From the NCBI GenBank assembly GCA_964106645.2, contig OZ067038.1: a stretch of DNA of 64,000 nucleotides. The stretch is one strand, 5' to 3'. The notes beneath the pieces are model-generated. The model did no database searches and was not told where the DNA came from. It saw only the letters and a program-made list of their open reading frames with translations. A program made the translations under genes and the position numbers. Positions within the stretch are counted from its first letter, which is position 1. The number at the start of each line of letters is the position of its first letter. This stretch comes from Podarcis pityusensis. Taxonomy: Eukaryota. This document shows, one piece after another, positions 38,385 to 50,202 of the stretch.

Positions 38385-41300
38385 TGTGGCTGGGCCCCCA
38401 TTGCTCGATGCACATCGAGGGTCGCCACCTCTGTGTGGTCCAGTAGCCCCTCTGGATTAGGTCTGAAAATACCAATGTGAAAGCAGACTTGAACTGCACA
38501 TCGTTTCTGTACCATAATGCCACCTCTAAGGAGAAACATAGACAACCCAAATTTTGTTGATTTTATCTATAACTTTTGATAAAAAACTTTACAGTATTTT
38601 ATGTAAACTGCTAAGGTCTTTTTCTTTTTCTTTTGATCAAGCGGTCCATTGCATTTTGTTAAGTAGAATAAACAACCCCAACTGTTTCCTGCAGCTGCTG
38701 CTGTTATGTAAAACAACAAAATGGTGGGCACACCTGATCATAGATGCTGAATTGCATCTGACTTGGCCCTGATCTGTCATACCTTGATGTGAACTTCTCG
38801 CTTGCCACAAATATTGTTAGGCCCATTTTCATCCTCAACAGTGAGGGTACACAGCAATGTAAGCCCTATGGAACCGAGGCACCCTGGACATCCTCAAGTC
38901 CCCCCACCCTTCTTTTGCTAAGTGGCTTGTGGCATGTTCAGACTGGCAGGATGGTGGTCGACTAAGTTCTACTCAAAGTAGACCAGCTGGTATTAATAAA
39001 CATAACTTAGTGGCGCTAATTAATTTCAGTGAGTTGACTTTGAGGAAAACTGAACTGAATACCATCCTCAGTATTTTGTGGGAGAGATTCAAGTGTCTGC
39101 CGGAACTTTAGGTTTGCACAGTTAAAGTGGATTACAGGCTTCTGTCACCCTTGCGTAGCAAATCCACTAAAAAGGGGAAAGAAAAAAACCCCAGACTTTT
39201 TGTGATTTGGAAAGTGATGGAGAAATGCATTGAAAAATGCATGAACACATGTAAATCGGGTTGAATGCTCATTGCCATATACTGTAACTGTTCTGTAACG
39301 CATTGGAACAAGTGCTGAATAAAGACCAGACATAGTCTAACAGCTGGGTAAGCTCCGTGCAAGCAGATCAGGGTGAATGGTAAATAAACAGATCCTCTTA
39401 ATGTGCTCTTTCCCCTCTGAAAATGGCATTTCAGGGGAAAGGGATGAGTCTCTTTCCTCTGTGTCCCCTACTAATGTTACCGTGGGCCTTTCAAATAGGA
39501 TGACACTCAGGGTGCATTCTGGGATGTTTTCTGGCTGTGTTTGCAATTTAAAAATAATCACTTGAGCTTGGCAGAAGGATAACTTTGAGAGGGTTCTACT
39601 GGCACCAATAGGCGGATGCTGGTCCCATTGACCAAATAAAGATACATGTGCTCCCCCTTTTTCTTTTGTTCCTCTGTTTCCTATTAGTGCCACCTGCCCC
39701 ATGTGCTTAATACAGCAGCAACACCAAGAGACCTGGACAAATTCACCCATGGCCACAGTTCCATCTTTCTCCACACAAACTATCTGAGGGAGGTGGTTAG
39801 AGATCTGGAGAGCTGGTGTTCCTTCAAGAAAAGTGGGGAGTGGAGTGAACTTTCTCCTCCAGTATTACTTTGTGGCTTCCCCACAAAGTTCACCAGTTGA
39901 TTTGAGGGCTATGTGTGTGGTTGCCCAGCCCTTGGGAAGAATGTTAGAGCTTCGTCCCATCCTTTTTAAAGCGAAGTGGGAGGCATGCCAGCCGATGGGC
40001 AACCTGGGCTACAAATAACCATTGTGGGAAAAGGTCAGTTTAGAGAAGCTATGTATGGAGAGCTGCTTCTCAAAAGGGGCCAGAAATTATTTGATAGGCT
40101 TGGGTCAGCTGGATACATAGAAAACACTGGGAGGTAAGCTAGTATATTTTATGGCTGCAGCTTTGTGAATACATATGTCTGCGTTCTCTGGAAAACAGTT
40201 ACTTTAAATAAATTTTGGAATGGTGCTGAATGTGTATCCCATACCACTGTCCCATAATTGCTGGTGTGTGAAAGAATGTACATTATGTGCCGCTGCTTCT
40301 CTGGGCATATACTGGTTAAGCACAACTGTCTCTGTGTGTATTTCTTGATGGTTACTCTGTGTATACACATATAAAAAGTGTGATTGTTGCTTTTGAGTAG
40401 TATTTTATATGCAATTGGTGGTGGTGGTTATTCTGAGTCCATGTCTGTTCCCGTTTGCTGAATATTTGTGTGTGCTACACCCACCCACACCCCTATAAAC
40501 ACCCAAGTTTGGTATTCTCTTCTCTCTTTTTGAAGTATTCTACAGCTTTAGTAGCTGAGAAAGAGGGGAGTGAAGTAGGGCTTGGTCTCAGTGAAGACAA
40601 CACAACTTTACTTGGTTGTCTGCCTTGTGTGATGGTTGGTCTAAACCTATTTTCATTTTCTGCCTGCTGCTTCTGTGTGTTTGTGTTTGTGTGTGAACAT
40701 GCTTGTGCTTAGGTAGTGTTCTGTAGGAAAGAAATTGGGCTTCCAGTTGGCAGGTTAGAACTTCGAAGCAGTTACGGAAGTGCTTGCTGTTTGCAGATAG
40801 GAGCCCTATGACTTCACACTCTTCCATTAGGCCATCTTCCGTTCCTGAAGTCAATCCTTGGCTTATTGCCAGATAGAAGTCACTTTTTCCCCTAAATGAA
40901 AGCATTCCATATTGTGGTGCAGCCAGTTCCAGGAAACCTCACAGGAGACCTAAGAAAAAGGCAGAACGTTTCTGTGTGAGAAAGAAAGGATCCTCCAGCA
41001 TGAGCTGGAACTCATGTTGAAACAATCCTATATCCCAAATTGCTTTGTTTTCTGTGCAATTAAACATTGCCATTTTTAAAAAATTTTTTATGTTTCATGA
41101 GCCCACTTCATGCATGCTTAAAATCCCTTCATGGAGCAGTCCTGAAACCTCAGCTGCAAAGAGAAAGTTATGTGTGATCTAATGAGACCATATAGTTTTC
41201 CATTGATGATTACACAAGCACAAGAGTATAATAAAAATTGTTGTTGTTGTTATGTAATAATGTATTAGATACCATGGTTTTAAGTCATGGCTTCTTAAAA

Positions 41301-43555
41301 TGATTAAAAACAAATAAACAGCATAATCACAGTCATGATAACAGCAGTAAAAGTATTGTAGATCAATAGATCACAGCCAACTATTTTAATGTAAGACTAT
41401 AAATTGAAGTTTGCCATCTATAAAATCACCTTTTTAAAAGCAGTCCTGAACAAAGACCTTTTTAAGAACCCAGGTGGAGGGGCTCATCATTTATCTGGGG
41501 GTGGGTGGGAGAGTAATCCATAGTTGTGGGGCTGCCTCAGAAAAGGTCTCATCTGTTGTACCAGCCAGCCAGCCTGACCTCCCTTCCTGGTGGGCACATG
41601 AACAGAACTTTGGTGGCTGATCTCAAATCCTTGACCGGTTACAGTACAGGTCACAGGTGCTCCTTTGATTTACTTGGTCCCAGATGTTTCAGGAGGACTT
41701 TAATGGTCACTATTAGGGCATATAGACAGAGAGTGCAGCTGAGGCAGAGTAGGTGGGTCCTCTGTGCCCACATGAACTGTCACCAGTGTCTTGACTATAA
41801 TAGTGCAATAGACTATAATACTATAATAGATTGCCCAAAGAAGGTGGGGAAAACCTGTTGCTGCATAATCCCATGACTGAGGAGATCGAATATCTCCTCA
41901 AAACATTGCTGCCTTACCTTGCAAACCACCTGCAGCATAAGGTTCATCTCTAGATCTGTCTATACAATTCTTTAGTGCCCGTGATGCTAGTGAAAATTAG
42001 ATGGATCTTCCACTTGCTTGTTTATTCATTCATTCATGCATGCATGCATTTAACATGATTTATATACCGCTTAATCTGAGAAACCTCCAAGTGGTTTATA
42101 CAAAACAGTCTTACGGTGAGCAAAAGTGTAAAATGTTCTCCGCCACAAACACACATTTCTTAAAAGCTTTCCCAGTGCTATTCATACCCATGTTTCTTTT
42201 CACTAGGTTGATATCATTTTATTTTATTTGGTTAGGTTCTCTTTTTTCTGAAGTGACCCCATCCAGTCAAGCACCACTATTAGTGAGTGCCAGGCTTGCC
42301 TAATTCCAACTGAATTCAGAGAGAAGGCAGTGCTTCCTGCATTGCATGATCCTTACTCTTAATGGGCATTTGTGGGGAAGGCAGAACACAGCAACCACTT
42401 AAATGGGTATGAAGAGGAAGGTAAATTCCTGCACTTGCAACACTACAAACACTTTTTCTCCCTTTCAAGCTCCCTCTCTCATCACTGAAAAGAGGAGAAG
42501 AGGTGCCGATTATAGATTAAAGTGTTAGTGAGAAGTGCCCCCCTCCATTTTAACTTGGCCCTGGCCTTCAAAACATCTTAATCAAAAGCAGAATGAAACA
42601 TTAGCAGGAGAGCTCTTTTTATCCCCATCAAGACCATTTGTTTTATTTTGGACTGCAAAGTGAACACAGTGCTTTTTTTAGTTGATGGAATCAGGTTGTT
42701 GTTGTTGTTTTGCTGTTTAAAAAAGCATTGTTTCTTGAATTAAGGTTAAATGCCAGATGAGTTTCCATGTTTCTCTGAGCAGGCACACTTGGGCTACTTT
42801 TGCTCTTACGTTAAAGTTCCAAACCTATAGAATGGAAGCTGGTGGTTGGCTTCCCTCTCATGAGAAGGTTGCTTGTTCTGAGCCTTTGGTTGGAGGATCC
42901 AGCCTTGGTGCTACGTCAGGGTTATACAACACCAGGGCTGTACGACAGGTGACTCACCAAACCTAACACAACCCATCAGCTGCATATTGGGGCCTGCCTG
43001 TGCCTAAAAGCCCCCCCTGGTCATGCAGCAAAAATAGGATTATTGAAGTCCTTTGTCTTGGTGGGTCACAACTTGTGCAGACTTGACTAGAGGATCTTCT
43101 GGTCTCTGCCTTTTCATGGTGTCCCAGCCATTCTCAACTTGCTTACCTCTTGCAAAAGAGGTTTCATGTATCCTGGGATCAATACAGGTACATTTGCTAC
43201 AAAACATGCTGTGTTTTGTAATAGCAAGTCAAGAAGAAAATAGCCAGCAAATGTGTTTTAGTCCAGTAGCCGCCAGCACTTCTAGGCTGCGATTAGGTCC
43301 TGTGGGAGCAGAACATGGCAGGGGCTGTGCTACCATCAGAGAGACACACTGGCGTCTCTTGTCTTCAGAGGCCTGGAGGGCACAGGATGTGATAATGCTT
43401 GGCAGCTGCTTGGCAGGGTCGCAGTGTCCCTTCTCATTGTAGCTAAATGCAGACGACCAGCCCAGGTATTGTTTATGTCTTAACTGGAACACATAAGCTT
43501 TTGCAGCATAACAGCTATTGATTTTCCTGTCTCCCTTCTCTCTTCCTCCATGCAG

Positions 43556-45292
43556 AGGTTGGTCACACCCAAGGGCCTCTGGATGGCAGCCTATATGCCA
43601 AGGTGAAGAAGAAAGACTCACTTCACGGCAGCACCGGCACCGTCAACACCAACCGCATCACGCTCTCGGCTGCCCCCAACCACATTGAGCACACACTCTC
43701 TGTTAGCAGTGATTCGGGCAACTCCACCGCCTCCACCAAGACAGACAAGACTGACGAGCAGGCCGTGCCCACAGTCCCCGGCAGCAGCGGAGGAAGCAAC
43801 CCTATACTAACCCCAGAGGAGAAGCGGGAGCTTGACAGCTTGCTCAGCGGCTTTGGCTTGGAGAACGAGGCCGCCATGCATAACCACAACCCCAGCGGGG
43901 GAGCAGTGGTTGCTTCCACCACCTCAGGCCGCCACATCGTTCCAGCTCAGGTGCATGTCAACGGGGAAGCTGCCAGCTTAGTGGCCGAGAGGGAAACAGA
44001 CATTCTGGACGATGAGTTGCCCAACCAGGATGGGCACAGCGTGGGGAGCCTGGGCACCCTCTCGTCATTTGATGGCACCACCAACACCAGTGACATGGGC
44101 TACCACGAGGCCCCTCGGATGGAGAGCCTCAACTCCTTGCCCAATGGGTCGTCCAACTTCAACGGCATAGACAAGCTGCACGATTCAGAGACGGTGATCA
44201 ATGGTGGCTACCCCTACAACAACCAGAACACCTTGCGGAGCATGATGGGACGTCACCCCCAGGACCCGTATGGGCACATCCGTCCTTCAGTGTCTGCCCA
44301 GGAGAATTTGGCCGACTACTACCAGCATGGCTTCCCCACTCCTGGCTGGTTGCAACCCCAGCCGCCGGCTGCCAGCCAGCAGTACCCTTATGGCTACGAT
44401 CCAAATGGCATATACCGCTCGCAGTCCTTCCCCACAGCGACTGCTGAGAGCCCCCAGCTGCCCCAGGCACCAGCCCGGAGCACGAGTAGCCGGGAAGCGG
44501 TCCAGAGGGGACTTAACTCTTGGCAGCAGCAAAGTGGAGGCAGCAGACCACCTTCCCGTCAACAGGATGGTGCCCGAGACAGCCAAAGTCCCAGTGTTTC
44601 CAGTGCAAGCCCTCAGCCCAGCCCTTCACAAGCAGCACACCCTCAAAGCATCAGCATCCCTGAATTCCCCAGGGTGGCCTCCCAGAAGGAAATAGAGCAG
44701 TCCATTGAGGCCCTCAACATGCTCATGCTTGACCTGGACCCTTCTGTCTCCATGATGCACAAGTCCCAGAGTGTCCCGGTGTCTTCCAGAGAAGATAAGC
44801 CACGCCCGGTGGCTCTCTCAGTATCTGCCCAGCCTGTCACTGGTCCTCAAGTGGTGCAGCCAAAGTCTACCAATCCTTTTGGCCCTATTCCAGGAAGCCC
44901 TTCCCACAACTCCATGGGCATCTCTGTGTCCCAGCTGCCTGACCACCAGGCGCCTAAAGCTCATCCCACAAAGCTATTGCTCCACAATGCTGCAGAGCCA
45001 GAGTACCCCGCGCAGGATGACCAGGAGGCTTATTTGTCCTATGGCTATCCGAACCAGCAAGCCAGGAGCTATGGCCAGGCTGCAGGAAGCCCTCCTACAT
45101 CTCCCAGGCCTCACGCAATGGCATATAAGCTCATGGAAGCTCAGCATCCCCTGCTGACATCACCCCCATCCCCTGGGATGACAATTCAAGCCCAGGTACC
45201 AATAAAGAATGCGGAGAACAGTGAGGAACCTTCTCGCCCCACAGAGGAAGAGCCTTTGCATCTTGAAGGTCTGGTGGCCCACAGGGTAGCAG
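43556..45292 (+). CDS. TNS1: TNS1 large exon (1737 nt, phase 1/1): (E)[19 protein letters not shown]...[15 protein letters not shown], disordered region
   Basis: Long pyrimidine tract plus tgcag| acceptor, CAG|gtagga donor; same frame as ORF 43603..45372; length 579x3. Confidence 0.96.
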
Positions 45293-48200
45293 GTAGGAAG
45301 CCTTATTCTCTGTTTTCTTATGAATCAGGGGTTTTTATCCTTAGGGCTCAGAAGTCCCACACCCCTACATAATCTTTTAGGGCTGGTAGGAGAAGAATGC
45401 TGCTCCAGGGCCCCGGATTGTTTCATGTGGCTTAGTCCAAAATAGAATGGATAAACTGAACTGTTCCCACAGCAGTCCTGGGGGTGATGTGTTGGGGGAA
45501 TGCCTGGTAGGAGGGCTCTAGCAACCAAACTTGCAAACATTCAAATGCTATAGGATCTATCTATGCCGGGGTGGGTGGGTTTTTTGGGGGGTAAACATGC
45601 CAGGGGTGGATGGCTTTTTGGGGAGGTAAACATGCCGTACTAAGGCATGTTATACCTTTAAAGCACATTCTTTCCCTCAAATAATTCTGTGCACTGAAGG
45701 TGGTTAAGAGTTGCTAGGAAGTGCAACTCTTTAGTGCAACTGCTACACCCCATTCCAGATTATTTAACAAGAAGCATTTACCGTACTGTGAGGGGTAAAT
45801 TGGTACCCAGAAATCCATGGGGGGAAAGAATGTGCTTTAAATATACAGTGTGCACATAGCCTTAGACACAAAGTATTTGTTAGTGCAAGTCTAGTGTGCA
45901 ATATAGTCCTTATATAAAGTGTGTCATGCCCACCCTGATTGGCTTGGGGCAGTTTTGTCTCAAGAGAGGAGGGGCCACATGGAGGCCCATTGCAATAATC
46001 CAGTCTTGAGGCTACCAATGCCAGGATCAAAGTGGCTGTCTTGGTCCAGTAGCGGCCGTAGCTGTCTTACCAATCGAAACTGGTAAAAGGCACTCCTAGC
46101 TGCCAGGGCAATTTGTGCCTCAAGTGACAGCCCTAGATCTCAGCCTCTCTCCCTGTTCCTTCAGAAGGCACAGGGAGGCTTCCCTTCATCCTCTGCAAGA
46201 GAACAATTGTTGCTCTGGGGCAACTGAATGCATTGTATAGATTTAGATGCATCTCCCCGAGTCCTGGTGGCTAATGCCAGGTTTCTGCAGAGCTAACTGC
46301 AAACCTGCAGCTTGGAACAGATGAAAGCCATCATGCCTGATTTGTAACTTACTGGTATTTGGCATTAAGGCATGGGATGCAACATGCATGGCAGGGTTGG
46401 AACTTAGGAATGAATTGCTCAGCAACTGCTGGGGAGACGGCTGTAAACAAGGCAGGGCTCTGACTTGATTTTATGCTCACTGAATGAGCGGCACAAGAGC
46501 CTTTAATGATTCTGCTGCGAGATGTTGAGTCAGGAAGGAAATGTCCACCACACCCACAAAAGGGTAATATTCCATAGCCTTTGGCGCTTCTTTCATACCC
46601 TTCCTCTGAAGCCCAGTGCTCTGGCAGTCTTGGGCAGGACTCTGTGTTCTCGGCACCAAGGGAGCTGAAATTTACTCAGAACAAATTATGCACTTTTGCT
46701 TAAATGGGTGGGATTCATACAGTTCCTTCTGTGTATGGCTTTTGCAAGATTCAGGACATTTTGTAGGGGCTCGGACAGTAATAAAAGGCAAGAAATGAGG
46801 GGAAGGCATGGAATGAAGAGGGCGGAGCAAGTGGAATTAGTCCTGGAAGCCACAGGGGGAGGTGTAGGTGGGACACCCAATCATCATTCTTTGGGCCTAG
46901 GGGCCCAACAGACATGATTGATACAGGAACTTCATGCTTGGAGCTCCTGACACCTTAATATTTTGGAAAAAGTCAACACAGGGAAGGGGGCAATTTAAAT
47001 TGAGATGATGCCATGGGGAAAATGAGGCAGTTTAACCCTTTGCCTTCTCCACATCCCCAATCCAAATTAGCCCTCCCCCAAAGTTGCTTTAATCCCCCGA
47101 GAGGAAAATATACAGGCTTTTTAAACCTGCGGGTTTTCCTCTCAGTACTTAGTAAGCCAAATCCAAATCAGTCCTCCATTCCCCTCTGGTCACTTTTTCA
47201 GAAAGAAAAAGGATAGTAGCAGCTCCAAGCATGGAGCTCCCCTGTAACATCTGTTTGACCCATCCCTTCAAGCAGACATTGCTTGGCTTTTGGGGGGAAA
47301 CCTTTCCCTAAGACCCTGAGGGATAGAAGCTTGTTATTTGAAAATAATAATAATAATTATAGTCATATTTTTCTTTTTAAGCTGAGATTCTAGATTCTAC
47401 CTCATGCTGTGTATAAGTATGAAGAGCGTACATACACAAATGCCTTTGTCTTGGGAACTTTCAGGGTCTTCTGATGTGTACAGCTGAGTCTCTTTTTTAA
47501 CGGGTTCTAACTGGTTGTCCCAGAATGGAGTGTTTCCTCCATGTAATTCCCCTGGGCATCCTCACTAATTCTCCACAGGGCACACTGTAGACCGGGTTGC
47601 CCAAGCATGAATTATGGGCAGTGATGGGAGAGGGCGCACACTTTGCAAAATGATCAGTCTTTGGGACTGAGGCATTTGGGCTTCTTGATAAAAACAACAT
47701 ACAGTGTTGCTTAAGGACTCCTGTGATGTCTTGTATCCGGTATGCAGCCTCAGCCCTGGCAGCTCCTGGGATTGTAATTACACATAAAAGTTTTTAATTG
47801 CAGAGCTCCTCAGAAATGCCCTGGACATAATCCAGCCTGCAATGCCAGGCTCAGCTGCTGGGCTCTGTCCAGTTCAGCTCCTGGACCACAGGCATTAAAA
47901 GCATTTGGCCAAAGGGAAATGGCTTGGTTCTGGGATAAGGAGGGCTGGAGGATGGGAAACCAAGCTGGAGGCTGAGTCACTGTGGCATCTTAGGGTGTAT
48001 GCAGAGGTACACATAGCGTGAGGAGCAAACCTGCTATAGAAATGCACTCACCACATTTTCTTTAGATGTACAATTTTCTTTTCCAGACTGGGCTCAGGGG
48101 AAATGAGTTCTTTGTGTCCATAGCAGAAGCTAGCTGTTAACAGCTCTGGTTTTCTGGAAGTTGGTGACATCATGTTTCCCATCCTCGCCAAACTTGCTTT

Positions 48201-50115
48201 TCAGCATTGTGCAAAATTGATTCCTCCTTTACTTATTTGTTTCTAAAATCTACACCTAGTGCTTTACAAGTAATACGAGAAAACAGGAAGACCACTTGAA
48301 GTGCAGAGGGGAGCACAAAGCAGACTGATGAATCAGTGTTTGATTTGATGTCCATTTTACTTTGCGTTGCAAAGGCAGGGGGCAGCTGGGCTCAACCCGC
48401 GGTAAAGCAGTAACAACACACAGCAGTGTGTGAGGTGAACCTCGGAGCCCTGCTGGGTCAGACCAATGAATGGCCCAGCTAGATCAGCATCCTGCTTCTC
48501 ACAGTGGTCATCCAAATGCTTCTGGGAAGTTCACAAGCCACTGTATTTGCCATTTACACCAGCATTGAGCTGCCTCCCTCCCCCATGGCCATGCATGCAC
48601 CCACACACTTCCATCACGTTGAGATGCTGATGCAGATGGAAGAGGACTAGATTTTTACCCCATTGCATTACTACATAGCAACACTCTGGTAGGGAGAGAA
48701 AAGGTATGGTGGATGGGCATATGTGAATCAGAACCATGGGAGGAAACTGGTGCAGAATTACCTGCTTACAGTGGCGTTTTCCAACTCACCTGTTCCTGAT
48801 TTGGGGGGGGGGGCATGGCAGCCTTTCCGAGCGTTGTTATATTGTGGCAACCATCTACCTGAGCTGCAGATGGACCAGTGTATAATCCCAAGGGACACTA
48901 TGTCCTGAGATCCTGGGGAAAGAATAGCTGCTGTGGAAGCATGAGCCTTCACTCTAGGTTCACAGTTAGTAATAAGTGTCCCATGATCACAGAACATGGA
49001 GCAAAGCAAGAGATCTGGACAGTGCTAGAGAGTGAGGAAGAGGGGAGGGGAGGGAATGGAACTGGCTACAACAAGCTGTGAGAGAGGGGTTGAGAGAGAG
49101 AGAGCTCAGGGGCCAGCATGTTATTTACAATGCATGCTACTATAAATTGCCTGTTTGTTCCAAGGCGAGTATGTGTGGAATTTCACAGATCATCATCCTC
49201 CCTGGTTCTCGCTATCATGAGAACTCAGATTTCCTATGCAGCAGGGTGGGAGCAGCCTGTAATGATTAAGGCAAAAGGCCTCTAGGAGGACACCCTTCCC
49301 AGGGAAAGCTCACCACCATCACCACCACCTCCCTCAACTGCTGCAAATCCTGCCTGGCGCAGAGACTCAGGGACCTGAAATGGAAGCTCTGAAACAATTA
49401 GCATGAGCCAGCTGAGTCAGAGATGCCTCCACAAGTTGTTTCGTTACCGTTTCTGTGTTTTGTTTACCCACTGTTGGAAATCCCTGTCCAAGCGGCAAAA
49501 CAGGGATGTTCCAGGGCTGCCAGCTACATCTGTGCCCTGGTGCTGTGCAGGTGCATCGGTGGGAGAGCAGGAGTGGTTCGGCCAGTGCCTCCCACATTCT
49601 TGCAATATTTCAATTTCTATAGTCATTATCCTGCTGATTCTCCACATTAGATGAAGGAATGTTTCCTCCAGTTTCCCGACTGATAACTGAATTCCAGAAA
49701 CAGTATACAGGGTAGATATGATTCTCATATGATTTTCTAGCTCCTCTTGAATCCAAAGAAAGCCAGGGAACTACAAGGGATTTATTACCCCACAAAACAT
49801 ACTCCTGAGGTCAACCTATTCACCCAAGATCTCATGAAGAGGCTGGTAATTGACTTGGTTCAATGGTATCTCGTATTCTGATGTTGACCCAGCTTCACCC
49901 CAGATCACATTGTATTCAAGCCTGGGGTGTATTTCCAACTAATATTTTTTCTTGTATTTTCCCTCCCCTTTCTCCTTTGTCTGTTTGTGATGTTTGTTCT
50001 GTCTCTGACTACACACTCTCTTTCTCACTCTCCGTGATGGATTTTGTTTCATCCTTGGTTGACCTTCTCCTGCTGCTCTATTCCTACCCACCCTACCTCC
50101 GTCTCCCCCTGTCAG

Positions 50116-50202
50116 AATACAACGCCAAACTCCGGGACATCCGGAAGAGCATGAAAAGCCCCCATCCTCCTCTTCACCGACAGCGATCCTTCTCCTTTTC
50201 TG
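50116..50202 (+). CDS. TNS1: Probable TNS1 cassette exon (87 nt, phase 1/1): (E)YNAKLRDIRKSMKSPHPPLHRQRSFSFS
   Basis: ccctgtcag| acceptor after a ~190-nt AG-free tract, CTG|gtttgt donor; 29 codons, open in the required frame, CpG-rich like the coding exons. Confidence 0.8.

Noticed and set aside
13101-43555. Orthologue of a ~15-aa insert I recall in chicken tensin at this junction
   Set aside because: No matching symmetric exon found by eye, and read-through of the 13100 donor hits TAG at 13133-13135.
43603-45372. 589-aa ORF as a stand-alone gene
   Set aside because: It is an internal TNS1 exon: the start is a GTG Val codon and the last ~26 codons are intron read-through past the 45292 donor.
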